The translations under genes and the position numbers were made by a program. A stretch of 64,000 nt of DNA, from the IMG/VR virus record IMGVR_UViG_3300013094_000033, positions 1-64,000 of that record; one strand, written 5' to 3'. Shown in pieces: positions 37,345-48,553 of this stretch (position 1 is the first letter of the stretch; every line of letters begins with the position of its first letter). Under the pieces are notes generated by a model that was given only the letters and a program-made list of their open reading frames with translations, made no database searches and was not told the DNA's origin. The DNA is from a virus.

Positions 37345-38733
37345 ATGGCCGGACTAGTACAATTTGCTTACGATGGGCAAATCAGAAGATTTGTTATACA
37401 GTTTATACGTATGCTTTCAAACTTCCAAGTTGAGTTTGGACAAGACACTTCTGGTGCTATTGCATTGCAAACCATTCCAGTCTATTACGGAGATGTTAGT
37501 CGCCAGGCTGCAGTCATATTAAAAAATAACAGCGAAAACACATTAAATGCAGTACCAGCAATGGCCACATATATTTCTGCGTTAACATATGATCGTCAAC
37601 GCCTACAAAATCCCTATTACGAAAATACATTAACACTAAGAGAACGTGAGTACAACGAAAATACCGGAACATACAGTAGCGTACAAAATGGTATTTTTAC
37701 AGTTGAGCGATTAATGCCAGCTCCATATAAACTACAAATGAAAGTAGATATATGGACTAGTAATACTGAACAAAAACATCAAATTGTTGAGCAAATTGCT
37801 CCACTGTTTAATCCTTCGTTAGAAATACAAAGCACAGACAATTATGTTGATTGGACTAGTTTAAGTGTAGTAGAATTAATTGATATTTCTTATACAAATA
37901 GAAGTGTGCCCACCGGCAGCGACGACACCACAATTGATATTGCTACATTAACTTTTGAAATGCCAATTTGGATAAGTTTACCGGCTAAGGTTAAACAGGG
38001 CGGAGTTATTACACAAATTATTGCCAGTATATACGATGAAAACGGATCCATTACCGCAGACAATTATACAGCCGGTGTGTCGTCACTTCAGAGAATTACT
38101 CCACTAAATGCAGGAATTACATTTATCGGAAATGTACTAACACTATACAAAGACAATACAAATGCTGTTGGCGATACTGTATATGGCACAAAAATGCGTT
38201 GGGCAGATCTTGTTAACATATATGGTAAGCCATTAACAAATGGCATTTCACAGGTAAGATTAACATTTCCATTCCCCGATCAATATGGATTCCATGAGAT
38301 TGTAGGCACAGTAGCATACGATCCCACTGATGCAACACAACTATTGTTTACCACTATTGCACAAACATTGCCTGCAAACACATTGGATGCTGTGAGTGCA
38401 ATCATTGATCCAACTACAGTTACCGTAAACAGTAATATTTTAAGTCCAGCTACAGGAACAAGATATTTAATCTTAAGACCAATTGGTGATGCAAACACTA
38501 CATCGGCCGTGGCATGGGCAGGCACCGCAGGATCTAATTTATTAGCAAATGCAAATGACATTATAGAGTGGAACGGCACTGAGTGGACTGTAGCATTTGA
38601 AAGTCAAACTAATCCTGGTGTTCAATATGTAACAAACTTAAACACCACAGTACAATATCGTTGGACTGGCACTGAGTGGATTAAGAGCTACGAAGGATTA
38701 TACAAGGCCGGAAATTGGAGTTTGGTGCTGTAA
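37345..38733 (+). CDS. Tail terminator / sheath stabiliser (gp15-like)
   Basis: YDGQIRRF, IPVYYG, PAPYKL, EQIAPLFNP, TLTFEMPIWI. Confidence 0.8.
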   Translation: MAGLVQFAYDGQIRRFVIQFIRMLSNFQVEFGQDTSGAIALQTIPVYYGDVSRQAAVILKNNSENTLNAVPAMATYISALTYDRQRLQNPYYENTLTLREREYNENTGTYSSVQNGIFTVERLMPAPYKLQMKVDIWTSNTEQKHQIVEQIAPLFNPSLEIQSTDNYVDWTSLSVVELIDISYTNRSVPTGSDDTTIDIATLTFEMPIWISLPAKVKQGGVITQIIASIYDENGSITADNYTAGVSSLQRITPLNAGITFIGNVLTLYKDNTNAVGDTVYGTKMRWADLVNIYGKPLTNGISQVRLTFPFPDQYGFHEIVGTVAYDPTDATQLLFTTIAQTLPANTLDAVSAIIDPTTVTVNSNILSPATGTRYLILRPIGDANTTSAVAWAGTAGSNLLANANDIIEWNGTEWTVAFESQTNPGVQYVTNLNTTVQYRWTGTEWIKSYEGLYKAGNWSLVL

Positions 38734-39161
38734 TGACTGACCACACAGAAGGTTGTGGAGCATTAATATATGCTAAAACAACCAATCGATATCTTTTCTT
38801 ATTAAGAAATAAAAGCAAGCATGCTGGCTCATGGGGTATAGTAGGCGGTAAGATTGAGCGTGGCGAAAGTGTTATGCAGGGATTGGTTAGGGAAATACAA
38901 GAAGAAATTGGTATTGATTATACTAATAAAAAATTTATTCCCTTAGAAACATTTACAGCCGACAATCGTAAATTTGTATATTACACATTTCTAATAGGTG
39001 TAGATGAAGAATTTGTACCTAAGCTCAATGACGAGCATCGTGGATATTGTTGGGTAAACTTAGATGATTATCCTAGACCTTTGCATCCAGGATTATGGAG
39101 AAGTTTTAATTTTGATATTGTTAAAAAGAAAATTAAAACTTTAGAATCAATATTGAATTAA
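38733..39161 (+). CDS. Nudix hydrolase
   Basis: Nudix box GGKIERGESVMQGLVREIQEEIG; ATG overlaps the upstream TAA. Confidence 0.92.
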   Translation: MTDHTEGCGALIYAKTTNRYLFLLRNKSKHAGSWGIVGGKIERGESVMQGLVREIQEEIGIDYTNKKFIPLETFTADNRKFVYYTFLIGVDEEFVPKLNDEHRGYCWVNLDDYPRPLHPGLWRSFNFDIVKKKIKTLESILN

Positions 39162-39907
39162 CTAATAAAGCCAATGTCGGCTTCTAGTACAAAATCTCTA
39201 TAATCAATTTGTCTGAAATTAACTAAACCAGATAACGATTCTGGAACTGAGTATGTTTTAGCTGGAACTATTCTAATAAATTCTACATCAGAATATGTAG
39301 TCATAATAATATGCAATGCTTTTATCCAGATGTCATGATTCTGATGTTCTGATTCTGGTAGATAGCCGTTTGTATTTTTATAGATATTGTTGACTTTACC
39401 AGCCATATCGTATCCATCATAGCCCATCATAAAAATCTTTTTATGTCCATCAAAGCAAGCCAAATACACAGCAAGTGAACCGGCATCCCAAGGAATATTT
39501 TGTGGTATTAAATAAAACTTACCTGGATAGTCTAATAGGTAAGGAGCATTTGCATAAACAATATGCTCAGATGGATATGTCAATTTGGCAATTTCTTCGA
39601 CGATATCATCACCTGTTGCTACTAAAAAGTCAGGAGCAAAATCTCTATATAACGCATTACATCCGTAACTTTGTAAACTGTTTTCTCCACCCAGACCTGC
39701 TTTGTGACCTGAAATAAATCTGAGATCAAAGTTTGCACGAGATTCACCATTGGCAATTGCAATAGCTTGTGTAGTTGTAAAAGTATTAAACACACTATTA
39801 GCAATGTATTCAGTTTCAGGTGTCCACTCACTGTTACTTAATGTCATAGTTGTAACAATCGTTTCTCCTGCGTAATTGCTACGATATAATTGTTTTAGTT
39901 TTTGCAT
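39158..39907 (-). CDS. DUF115/Maf/MptE-like Rossmann protein, possible glycosyltransferase
   Basis: AIAIANGES, YGCNALYRDFAPDFLV, AGSLAVYLA..GHKKIFMMGYD. Confidence 0.5.
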   Translation of the reverse strand: MQKLKQLYRSNYAGETIVTTMTLSNSEWTPETEYIANSVFNTFTTTQAIAIANGESRANFDLRFISGHKAGLGGENSLQSYGCNALYRDFAPDFLVATGDDIVEEIAKLTYPSEHIVYANAPYLLDYPGKFYLIPQNIPWDAGSLAVYLACFDGHKKIFMMGYDGYDMAGKVNNIYKNTNGYLPESEHQNHDIWIKALHIIMTTYSDVEFIRIVPAKTYSVPESLSGLVNFRQIDYRDFVLEADIGFIS

Positions 39908-39908
39908 A

Positions 39909-41909
39909 TTAATGTTTTCCAACAACCACTTCAATGGTTTCTATATTATTAGTATTTATTGCGGCTAGTGCTTTGCCGATTACACACCCTGGCACAAATT
40001 TACTGTTATCAATTGCTTGTGCAACACCCGGAATTGAACTTGTTACTAGTACTTGTCCTTTTTTAACAGGCCCAAGCACTCTACAGGGAACACGACCTTG
40101 CAATGCTACTGGTAATCCAGTTGCTGTTGAATTCATCAAATAAGCTGGGTCTGTTGAAATAATTCCTGCAACAGCTGGGTCATGATCAATGGTCGTTACT
40201 GTGATTTCAGCTGGGCCACCAAAAACAACAACAGTACCAGGATCATACTCTCCGTCGGCGGCATAATTTTCTGCTAAGTCAGCGTATTGTGCATGAGATG
40301 CTGTACCGTAAATTGTTCCCCACCAAGCGGTAGTACTACCAAGATTATACGATGTATTTGCACTAGGAGTTACTGTTCCTGTAATTGAAATTGATGCCGT
40401 ACCAACAGTAATTTGATATGTACTTGAGTTGCCACCGCCACGAATATTAACTGAACCGCCAGTCCAAGAACTTAAATAAGTATTCTTATCAGTTTGCCCC
40501 ATTAGCAGACCGTACTCACTGCCACTCATACCAGCTTGTTGAACAGTATTGTATGTGCTATTTCCTGGCCATGAACCAATGAATATATTGCCGCCAGTTA
40601 AGCTATTTGTGCCTGCGGCTAGTGCACCTGTTAATGTAAGTCCAGCAAATGATGGGCTAGCTGAAGTTTGTAAATTTTGTGGAGTACCTATTGTAACAGT
40701 TTGGCCACTGGCACTAGCAGTTACACCATTTGTTCCAGCAAATGTTAATGTCTGTGTTAATAAAGATACACTACCTGTACCAGACGTTCCAGCAATCGGA
40801 AGAGTTGAACTTACTGTAGCTGTTGAGATACTAGAAATTCTACCAAAAGTGTCTGTGGTAATAACTGGAATAGCAGTTGCCGATCCAGTGGTAACTGCAC
40901 CCGGTCCAGTGATAGTCAAAGAAACTGCTGTACCAGAAATTGTTAAGTTGCCGGACCCAGATGATGTTGACAATACACGGTTGCCACTGTCGTATACTGA
41001 TCCGATGTAAGCGGCACCAGTAACTCCTAAACCTCCATTAACAACTAATGCACCAGTGGTTGTACTAGTACTCGTTGTGCCGGATTGTGCAACAATGTTA
41101 CCAAGAGAAGTAGTTGTGCCACCAGTATATAAAGATCCAGAAATTGATGCCCCACCAGTGACTTGTAAAGCGCCTGTTGCTACGCCAGTTGCAGCAACAC
41201 CACTTGCAGCAATCACATTTGCTGTTGTTAATATTTTATTTGATGCTATTGCTGTGTTAGTATTAATATTGCCAGACATTGATATGCCTGCCAAAGTTGT
41301 AAGACCAGTTACCGACAGTGAACCAGTATCAACAATACTTGTTGTTATGTATTCAGTTACCTGTTGATAAGTGTTGCCCTGTACAATTAAATTACCTTGT
41401 ACTGTTACGTTTCCGCCAGCATATACATTACCTCCAACGCCTAACCCTCCGTATATAGTAACAGCACCGGTACTGCTACTTATAGAAGGAATTGTATTGG
41501 CAAATATAGTAGCGTAAGGTACCGCACCACCGGCAAAACCACCTGACGCTGTCCAATATACTTTTGTTCCGTCTGATGCTAAAATTGATCCAGGAAATCC
41601 AATATTGCCATTTACATATATCCCAGCATTGTTAATCATCAATACATTACCAACGCTTACATTAGCATAATTTTGAACTGTAACATTGCTGTTTGTTACG
41701 CCAGAATTTGCAGTAATGGCATACATGAAACTTTGACTAGATTCATTCCAATAAAATGCCGCATTTGGAACTAAGCCGTTTGCACGATTCATAATAAAGC
41801 CAACATCCACATTGGCTTGGGTTGATGCTTGGTGCAACACCGTCAGCGGGTCCATAAAATACTCTACATTAGTATCTAAGTCCCATATTTTTGGTCTAGT
41901 TAATCCCAT
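39909..41909 (-). CDS. Tail fibre-like protein with a YADLAE C-terminal domain
   Basis: TGAL.V.GG repeats; C-terminal YADLAENY...ALQGRVPC...IGKAL...IEVVVG. Confidence 0.75.
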   Translation of the reverse strand: MGLTRPKIWDLDTNVEYFMDPLTVLHQASTQANVDVGFIMNRANGLVPNAAFYWNESSQSFMYAITANSGVTNSNVTVQNYANVSVGNVLMINNAGIYVNGNIGFPGSILASDGTKVYWTASGGFAGGAVPYATIFANTIPSISSSTGAVTIYGGLGVGGNVYAGGNVTVQGNLIVQGNTYQQVTEYITTSIVDTGSLSVTGLTTLAGISMSGNINTNTAIASNKILTTANVIAASGVAATGVATGALQVTGGASISGSLYTGGTTTSLGNIVAQSGTTSTSTTTGALVVNGGLGVTGAAYIGSVYDSGNRVLSTSSGSGNLTISGTAVSLTITGPGAVTTGSATAIPVITTDTFGRISSISTATVSSTLPIAGTSGTGSVSLLTQTLTFAGTNGVTASASGQTVTIGTPQNLQTSASPSFAGLTLTGALAAGTNSLTGGNIFIGSWPGNSTYNTVQQAGMSGSEYGLLMGQTDKNTYLSSWTGGSVNIRGGGNSSTYQITVGTASISITGTVTPSANTSYNLGSTTAWWGTIYGTASHAQYADLAENYAADGEYDPGTVVVFGGPAEITVTTIDHDPAVAGIISTDPAYLMNSTATGLPVALQGRVPCRVLGPVKKGQVLVTSSIPGVAQAIDNSKFVPGCVIGKALAAINTNNIETIEVVVGKH

Positions 41910-41945
41910 TTTATAATCCGTATTGTTCAGTATTTATGAAAAAAT

Positions 41946-41967
41946 AAAAGGGCCCAATGGCCCTTTT
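41946..41967 (-). terminator. Intrinsic terminator
   Basis: AAAAGGGCC-N4-GGCCCTTTT followed by ATTTT. Confidence 0.75.
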
Positions 41968-41986
41968 AAATTTAGCTACGGTAGAA

Positions 41987-44371
41987 TTATACTCTACCAA
42001 CAACTACTTCGATAACTGCTTTTCCAGTACTTGGGTAGTCCTGCAAGGCTTTACCAATTACTGATCCAACTGCGGGATTATTACTGGCTTTAGCAAATCC
42101 AAAACCAGCACTTACCATTAAATCGCCCTTCTTAACGGGTCCGATAATCTGGCATGGAACACGCCCTTGTAGTGCTAGTGGCACAACTGTTGCACCAGTT
42201 AGCCCGCCATTCATCAAGTGAGCTGGGTTAGTAGAAACGATACCTGCTACAGAAGTAGTATCTGCATCAGCTACAGTTACTTCAGCTGAGCCACCAAACA
42301 TTAATACTGTACCTGCAGAATATGTTTTGTCAGCTTGGTAGTTCTCTGCCAAGTCAGCGTATAGTGCATGAGTTGATGTACCGTATATATTATTAAACCA
42401 AGCACTTGTACTACCTATGTTAACGCTTGCGTTAGCAGTTGGCAATATTGTACTAGTGGCATTAATTGTTCCGCCAACAAATAGTGCTCCGCCAATACCA
42501 GTACCGCCAGTAACAACCAATGCACCCGTTGTGGTACTTGAACTAGATGTTGAATTAGCAACCAACAAGTTACCCAAAGATCCACCAGCAGGAGTAGTGC
42601 CTGCCCAGTTAACGGTATTAGATGGTTGCGAAGTTAATCCATCAAATAACTGATAATATCCAGTTGAGTGATTTTTAGCAAAACCAGTATAAACGTTACC
42701 AGCACCGTTGTAGTAAGATCCAACTAAACCTAAGTCATATGAGTTGCCAGGATTTAAGTTACCAACGAACACAATTGGACTTTGCACCGCTAAGTTTTGT
42801 GTAGTAACAGTTGTACCTGAACCACCAAAACTAATATTACCGTTAATGAAAACATTACCACCAACGTTAACGTTACCTTGTACACCTAAACCACCTGCAA
42901 TACGCATAGCACCAGTTGTTGTACTAGTTGATGTTGTGGCAATATTAACTGTAATACCAGCTGGTGCGCCTGCACGACTAGTACCAGTAATACGCATACG
43001 TTCGTGACCAGTGGTAAAACCACCTGTAGTAAACACAATATCGTTTTGTACACCGGATGAGTCTGTGGAAATAAAGATACTACCATTACCAGTTGTACCG
43101 CGTGGCGCACTCATGAAAATGTAGCCATCGTCTGGTCCAGTAATACCGTATTGACTTGCACTAAATTGTCCACCAGTGATACCCAAGTCAATCCAACCAT
43201 TTAAATTATCGCCGTTGGCACTATAAGCAATCAAGTCAGTACTTGAACCGGATCCATATCCATAATTCTTAAGTGCAAACTGTTGGAAGTTCGTAGTATT
43301 ACCAGTGAACACACCCGAAGCATTTGTCAGGCCATTGTAAATTTGCACAACTGCTGCAGATGAATTATGCGATGCAGCAGTAGTACCTCCTGCGGCACGA
43401 GCAATTCCTGTAAATTGAATGTTACCTGTGTTATATACCACACCAGTATAGTTAATTAGCTCACTGTCAATTTGAATTTGTCCATATGGATAAAACCCGT
43501 AAATATCCGGACCATTGAAATAATAATTACTTGTTACTCGGTTACCAATTGATGCTGCATTACCATTGTCAGTTGAATACGCCCAAGGTCCTGTTTGATT
43601 ACTAAAGTTTTGATATAAAGTATGATTAATAGTAATCGGTGAAGTTGACGAATTATTAACTGACGTTGTTAGCCCACCAATTAATGTGTTATTGTTATCA
43701 GTGTCTGGTGCGTTTGTACCTTGATATACAACGCCCATTTGCGAATACAAATTACCAACTACATATAAACCGTCATTTGGCACAATCTGAGCTTGAATAA
43801 CTGCGTTTGATGCGCCAAAACCGCCGGCTGAGAATTTAATAATACCATTCATTGCACTAGCTTGGTCTGTTGCTAGCACCAGATTACCACCAATTGCTGC
43901 AGAGTTACTTGCAAATACCGGAGCTGATGCTAAAATATAAGCATCGCCAGCATTAGTAATAATAAATCCAGAATTTGTATAGCCTGAACTTTCAATACCC
44001 ATATCAATGTAGCCAGTTAGATTATCGCCTAAATCACTGTATGCAATAAAGTCTGCAGATGCGCTGGGTCCATTGCTAGGATTATGTACAACCACTTGCA
44101 CAAATGCGTTGACGTTTTTACTTACAACTAGTTCTGCATCTGATAAGGGAGTAGATTGCCCGTTGGTAGAGTTAGTTGAGTGCGATCCATTGGTTATAAA
44201 CGATTGTGCTGTGTTGTCAGTACTAACAGTAATGTTACCTGCTGTGACATTGATGTCTGAGCTTAAATTACTCGGACTTGTACTTGTACTGGTAATTGCG
44301 CCATTACCTGCCCAAATTGTTGTTGGTCCTACTTGAAGACCGTTTTGTACTACGAAATTACTATTTGCCAT
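41987..44371 (-). CDS. Tail fibre-like protein with a YADLAE C-terminal domain
   Basis: Same C-terminal domain as 39909-41909; internal duplicated GYIDMGI/GWIDLGI module. Confidence 0.75.
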   Translation of the reverse strand: MANSNFVVQNGLQVGPTTIWAGNGAITSTSTSPSNLSSDINVTAGNITVSTDNTAQSFITNGSHSTNSTNGQSTPLSDAELVVSKNVNAFVQVVVHNPSNGPSASADFIAYSDLGDNLTGYIDMGIESSGYTNSGFIITNAGDAYILASAPVFASNSAAIGGNLVLATDQASAMNGIIKFSAGGFGASNAVIQAQIVPNDGLYVVGNLYSQMGVVYQGTNAPDTDNNNTLIGGLTTSVNNSSTSPITINHTLYQNFSNQTGPWAYSTDNGNAASIGNRVTSNYYFNGPDIYGFYPYGQIQIDSELINYTGVVYNTGNIQFTGIARAAGGTTAASHNSSAAVVQIYNGLTNASGVFTGNTTNFQQFALKNYGYGSGSSTDLIAYSANGDNLNGWIDLGITGGQFSASQYGITGPDDGYIFMSAPRGTTGNGSIFISTDSSGVQNDIVFTTGGFTTGHERMRITGTSRAGAPAGITVNIATTSTSTTTGAMRIAGGLGVQGNVNVGGNVFINGNISFGGSGTTVTTQNLAVQSPIVFVGNLNPGNSYDLGLVGSYYNGAGNVYTGFAKNHSTGYYQLFDGLTSQPSNTVNWAGTTPAGGSLGNLLVANSTSSSSTTTGALVVTGGTGIGGALFVGGTINATSTILPTANASVNIGSTSAWFNNIYGTSTHALYADLAENYQADKTYSAGTVLMFGGSAEVTVADADTTSVAGIVSTNPAHLMNGGLTGATVVPLALQGRVPCQIIGPVKKGDLMVSAGFGFAKASNNPAVGSVIGKALQDYPSTGKAVIEVVVGRV

Positions 44372-44422
44372 TTTTGTTTTCCTTTGGTTCCATATTCCCC
44401 AATAAAGGCTTTTACATTCCTA

Positions 44423-47005
44423 TTAGATAGGCACGTATTGTCTTGTTAATCTTACACTATTAGAAGAATTAACGCCAGTGAACTGTACAAGAACATTACC
44501 ACTGCTGATAGTTGCACTTGTTATACCTAAATTACCGTTGGTCTGAACAACACCATATTCACTTACATATGGAGTTGATCCGTTTTGTACAACAAGCACT
44601 TCACTTGTTTGATAACTTGTTCCATGAGTAACCTGCACGATATATTTTGCACTACGGTAAGTAGATGTAGAGAATGTATCAATAGTGGTTGCAGCTCCAG
44701 CGCTTGCAACAGCTACGTTTGCATCACCTGTTACTAAACCACCACCCAATGGCATAGTGAATGCCGGAGTTAATGTTGTATTAACTGGATTTGATATGAA
44801 TGTAATACCAGTGGAGTCGTTTACACCAACAGTAACATAACCTAAGCTACTTGTTAGCGAAGTAATCGTTTGTGTTGTTGTTAAAATACGAACGTCGATG
44901 ACGTCACCTGATGATGGTGGTTCGTTAAATGTTAGTGTAGTTCCACTTACTGTATAGGAATAACTCGGTCCACCAATTTGTAACACACCGTTAACGCTGA
45001 CTAATGTACCACCTGTGGTTGCGGGATTTGCAATTGTAAATGTACTAGTAGATCCGTCACCGTTAAATTGTTGTTCCTGAATAACAGTAAAGTTTGTAGT
45101 TGGGTGAGTCCATGATGTGCCATCATACCATTCTGGTGCACCGTATGTTAAGTTGAAACGGAACATACCAGCTACATCAGTGAATCCTGAACTTCCTGGA
45201 CGTTGTGCGTTGTAACCAATCGGCAACAACATAGAATCCGAAGAATTAATCTGGAATTTTGCACCTGGTATTAAATTACCAGCTGGAGCAGAACCACCAA
45301 CTAAAACTTGATCGTAAGTTGAATTTGGTCTTGCCCATAACAATGTGCTGTCATTTTTACCACGTATTAAAACGTCTTGATTTGCAGTCTGCGATGCATT
45401 AAATACTGCGGCATTACCAAAGTAAACATTACCCATTACACCCAGGCCGCCGTTATTGGTAACAACCAATGCACCAGTTGTTGTACTTGTACTATTAGTG
45501 CCACTTGTGGCAACTAGATTACCTGTTACCTTTGTAACACCATATGCATCAATACTCAAAGTTTGTGAGTTAGACAAACCACCACTGTAGAAAATTAAGC
45601 TATCATTGGCGCCAACACTAATGCGACCAGAGCCGGTGGTATAGTCGACAATAATACCATCTGAATATGTGCCACCAAACGAACCTGTGGTTAATAGACC
45701 ATTGGAAGTAACAGCAGCGGCACCACCGTAGATATTACCACCTATACCAATACCACCTGCTACTTGTACTGCACCAGTAACTGTACTAGTTGCTACAGTT
45801 GAGTTTTGTACAAAAACTGATCCCAATTTTAAACCATCGTATACAATATTGGAACTACCTAGGTTAACTACATTGCCACTGGGTTCGCCGATATTACTAA
45901 ACAAATACCAATCACCGTCAACATAGTTACGTACAAAACCAGTGTGTGCGTAAACGTTAGCGGGACCGCCAATAAAGTGAGAGTAGAAACCAACATCGTA
46001 GTTATATGGGTAAACACTATTTGTTGTTAAGTAAATTAATGGTTCTTCAACTGTTAAAATTTGAGATTGAGTAGCAAGAATGTTACCTGCGTAAACATTA
46101 CCACCTACCCATAAATCTTTTTGTATACTTGCACCACCAGCAATTTGAACAGCACCAGTTGTTGTACTAGTTGCTTGTGTAGTGTCAGTGCTGTACATGG
46201 TCGTAACTGTTGCAGCTGCTGGTGTAATATTACCAATAACTGTATTCTGCAACGCTGTAATAAAACTGTTTTTACCAAATGCATTTAAGTTGCCGCCGAT
46301 ACCTACTCCGCCGACTACAGTTAGTGCGCCTGATCCTTTGTCAAGACTCGGAGTTCCATTTGTAATAGTTAAATTACCATTGGCTGTAATTAAACCACTG
46401 GCCTGGACTGTGGTAAATGCAGCACTACCAGGAGTAACATTTCCGATTGCAACAGCTTGGAATCCACCAATATTGGCTGTTGTCATCTGTGTATCTGCGG
46501 TGTGACTGATAAAGCCGTTTAATGTTGTTGTGCCATTAACAATAAGATTACTTGAAATAGTTGATGAAACTAATAAAGTATTACCAGCTTGTAGATTCGC
46601 CCAACCGGAATTATTAATACTTGTAACGCCAGAACCTGTGTCAGTTGTAGCAATGAACTGGAACTCAGATGAGTTTTCTGCCCAAATTAATGCGGTATTA
46701 ACTGAACCATATGGATTTAACGTAGATAAATTTCTATTAAACAATACACCAATGTCGTAACCACTTAAACTTCCTGAATATCCATTGTTGAATACAACCA
46801 ACGGGTCATTGATATATGTGTTAATACTGTTGATTGTTGTAGGAGTTCCTGTTACTTGGAAGTTACCAAGAACGGTAATGTTAGATGCTAATGTTAAATT
46901 AGCTGCAAACAGATTACTTGTAAGTGTTTGATTAACTAGTTTAGTACCAGTAATTGTTGCATCAGTAATCTGATTATTCTTAATTCTTGTTAAATAAACC
47001 GCCAT
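44423..47005 (-). CDS. Tail fibre / baseplate-associated protein
   Basis: STTTGA repeats, FNGDGSTSTF...VNGVLQ module, C-terminal YRSAKY domain. Confidence 0.7.
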   Translation of the reverse strand: MAVYLTRIKNNQITDATITGTKLVNQTLTSNLFAANLTLASNITVLGNFQVTGTPTTINSINTYINDPLVVFNNGYSGSLSGYDIGVLFNRNLSTLNPYGSVNTALIWAENSSEFQFIATTDTGSGVTSINNSGWANLQAGNTLLVSSTISSNLIVNGTTTLNGFISHTADTQMTTANIGGFQAVAIGNVTPGSAAFTTVQASGLITANGNLTITNGTPSLDKGSGALTVVGGVGIGGNLNAFGKNSFITALQNTVIGNITPAAATVTTMYSTDTTQATSTTTGAVQIAGGASIQKDLWVGGNVYAGNILATQSQILTVEEPLIYLTTNSVYPYNYDVGFYSHFIGGPANVYAHTGFVRNYVDGDWYLFSNIGEPSGNVVNLGSSNIVYDGLKLGSVFVQNSTVATSTVTGAVQVAGGIGIGGNIYGGAAAVTSNGLLTTGSFGGTYSDGIIVDYTTGSGRISVGANDSLIFYSGGLSNSQTLSIDAYGVTKVTGNLVATSGTNSTSTTTGALVVTNNGGLGVMGNVYFGNAAVFNASQTANQDVLIRGKNDSTLLWARPNSTYDQVLVGGSAPAGNLIPGAKFQINSSDSMLLPIGYNAQRPGSSGFTDVAGMFRFNLTYGAPEWYDGTSWTHPTTNFTVIQEQQFNGDGSTSTFTIANPATTGGTLVSVNGVLQIGGPSYSYTVSGTTLTFNEPPSSGDVIDVRILTTTQTITSLTSSLGYVTVGVNDSTGITFISNPVNTTLTPAFTMPLGGGLVTGDANVAVASAGAATTIDTFSTSTYRSAKYIVQVTHGTSYQTSEVLVVQNGSTPYVSEYGVVQTNGNLGITSATISSGNVLVQFTGVNSSNSVRLTRQYVPI

Positions 47006-47097
47006 GGCGTAAGCTCCTGAATCGTATTAATTAATGTATTTACCTTAGCCGTAGGTATTTTGGATCGCTGTCTTTTTTAAAGCAAACCAATGAAAAA

Positions 47098-48552
47098 TTA
47101 TACGGAAATTAACGTTTTTGTTAAATTAACGTTATTGTTTGAGCTTGCGCCTGTGCCATAAATTACAACATTTCCCGAAACAATGTTTGCACTAAATGTC
47201 ATTAAACTATTTGCACCAGTGTAAGTAGTACCATACACACTAATTTTTGCAGTAGTACCATCTTGCACTACAATAATTTCACTTGCTTGATATTGAGATG
47301 ACGTTGTATTTGATACACTTACAACATATTTGCCACTTCTATAAGCAGTAGAAGAAAAACTGTCAATGATTGTTGGCGTTGTTCCTATATTTATAATAGC
47401 TGCAGAATCTATTAAGGTTGGTGCATAATTATAGCCATAAGTAAGACCATTACCAAAAACTATTTGTTTATTAGCGGCTGTACCAATATTTCCACTGAAT
47501 GCCGACAATTCTGGCACAGTAGTGCCAGCAATAAAACGTATATCAATAATATCAGTCGGTAGCGGAGCTTCAGCAAACGTTATTTGCGTCCCCGATACTG
47601 TATAAGCCGGATTTGCCCCACTGGGATTTTGTATTGTACCATTAATGCTTACTAACAAAGCTGATGCAGTCGACGCTTGAGATAATGTAAATGTTTGTGT
47701 TACGCCATCTGCATAGTCAATTGTTTGGTCATCTAAACTGTTAGTAAGTGGCATCCAATCAGTGCCAGTCGAAAATTCAAGACTACCTAATGTTGTATTA
47801 TATCTGATTTGCCCAACTAGAGCCGCAGATGGTCTTTGTGACTCGGACCCATAAGGAACACCAAGTGAAGTAGTTGAGTTAATTGCAACTATTCCTGTTG
47901 CATTTGGTACTAAATGTATATTTGCTGTTGATTGTGGGAAAATATAATCAGAATACACATTTCCATAAAATGTTGATGATACATTCCCAACTGTTATATT
48001 TCCTGGGAAATTTTGAATACCTGTAGGCCCGGTATAACGTGCACCAACTACATAAACAACATTACCAGTTACTGCTGTTGGCACGTTTGTGTCAGCAAAG
48101 TTAACAATACCAGCCATATAGTCAAAATACCAACTGTCATTATTACCTGATCCACCCACTGGTAAATTGGTGTATGTTATTGCTGTAGATGCATTTGCAC
48201 CAGTTGGGCCTGCATATAATTTAATCTGATAACCTGCACCAAACTGAGGACTAATCCAATTTGTTAAATTTGTTGCCCAGGTTTCATTTGCAATGCCTTC
48301 ACTTAGTGATACTGCTTGTACTACAGAACTTGTAGACCCACTGTAAACAGTTACTGCACTACTATTGCTACTTGGTAATGTTGTTACATTTGGTATAGCA
48401 TAATCTTGTTGCCAGATTGTTGATCCTGGACTCAACTGAGGGCTAGCGTTAGATTCGTTGGCCGGTGATTTAGCTGTGCTCGTGTCAGTCTTAGAAACCC
48501 CACTAAGTTTCTTATATAATATATCGACGATTTGTGTTTGTGAAATTGACAT
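47098..48552 (-). CDS. Virion structural protein
   Basis: GQIRYN and INGTIQ modules; C-terminal YRSGKY domain shared with 44423-47005. Confidence 0.7.
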   Translation of the reverse strand: MSISQTQIVDILYKKLSGVSKTDTSTAKSPANESNASPQLSPGSTIWQQDYAIPNVTTLPSSNSSAVTVYSGSTSSVVQAVSLSEGIANETWATNLTNWISPQFGAGYQIKLYAGPTGANASTAITYTNLPVGGSGNNDSWYFDYMAGIVNFADTNVPTAVTGNVVYVVGARYTGPTGIQNFPGNITVGNVSSTFYGNVYSDYIFPQSTANIHLVPNATGIVAINSTTSLGVPYGSESQRPSAALVGQIRYNTTLGSLEFSTGTDWMPLTNSLDDQTIDYADGVTQTFTLSQASTASALLVSINGTIQNPSGANPAYTVSGTQITFAEAPLPTDIIDIRFIAGTTVPELSAFSGNIGTAANKQIVFGNGLTYGYNYAPTLIDSAAIINIGTTPTIIDSFSSTAYRSGKYVVSVSNTTSSQYQASEIIVVQDGTTAKISVYGTTYTGANSLMTFSANIVSGNVVIYGTGASSNNNVNLTKTLISV

Positions 48553-48553
48553 A

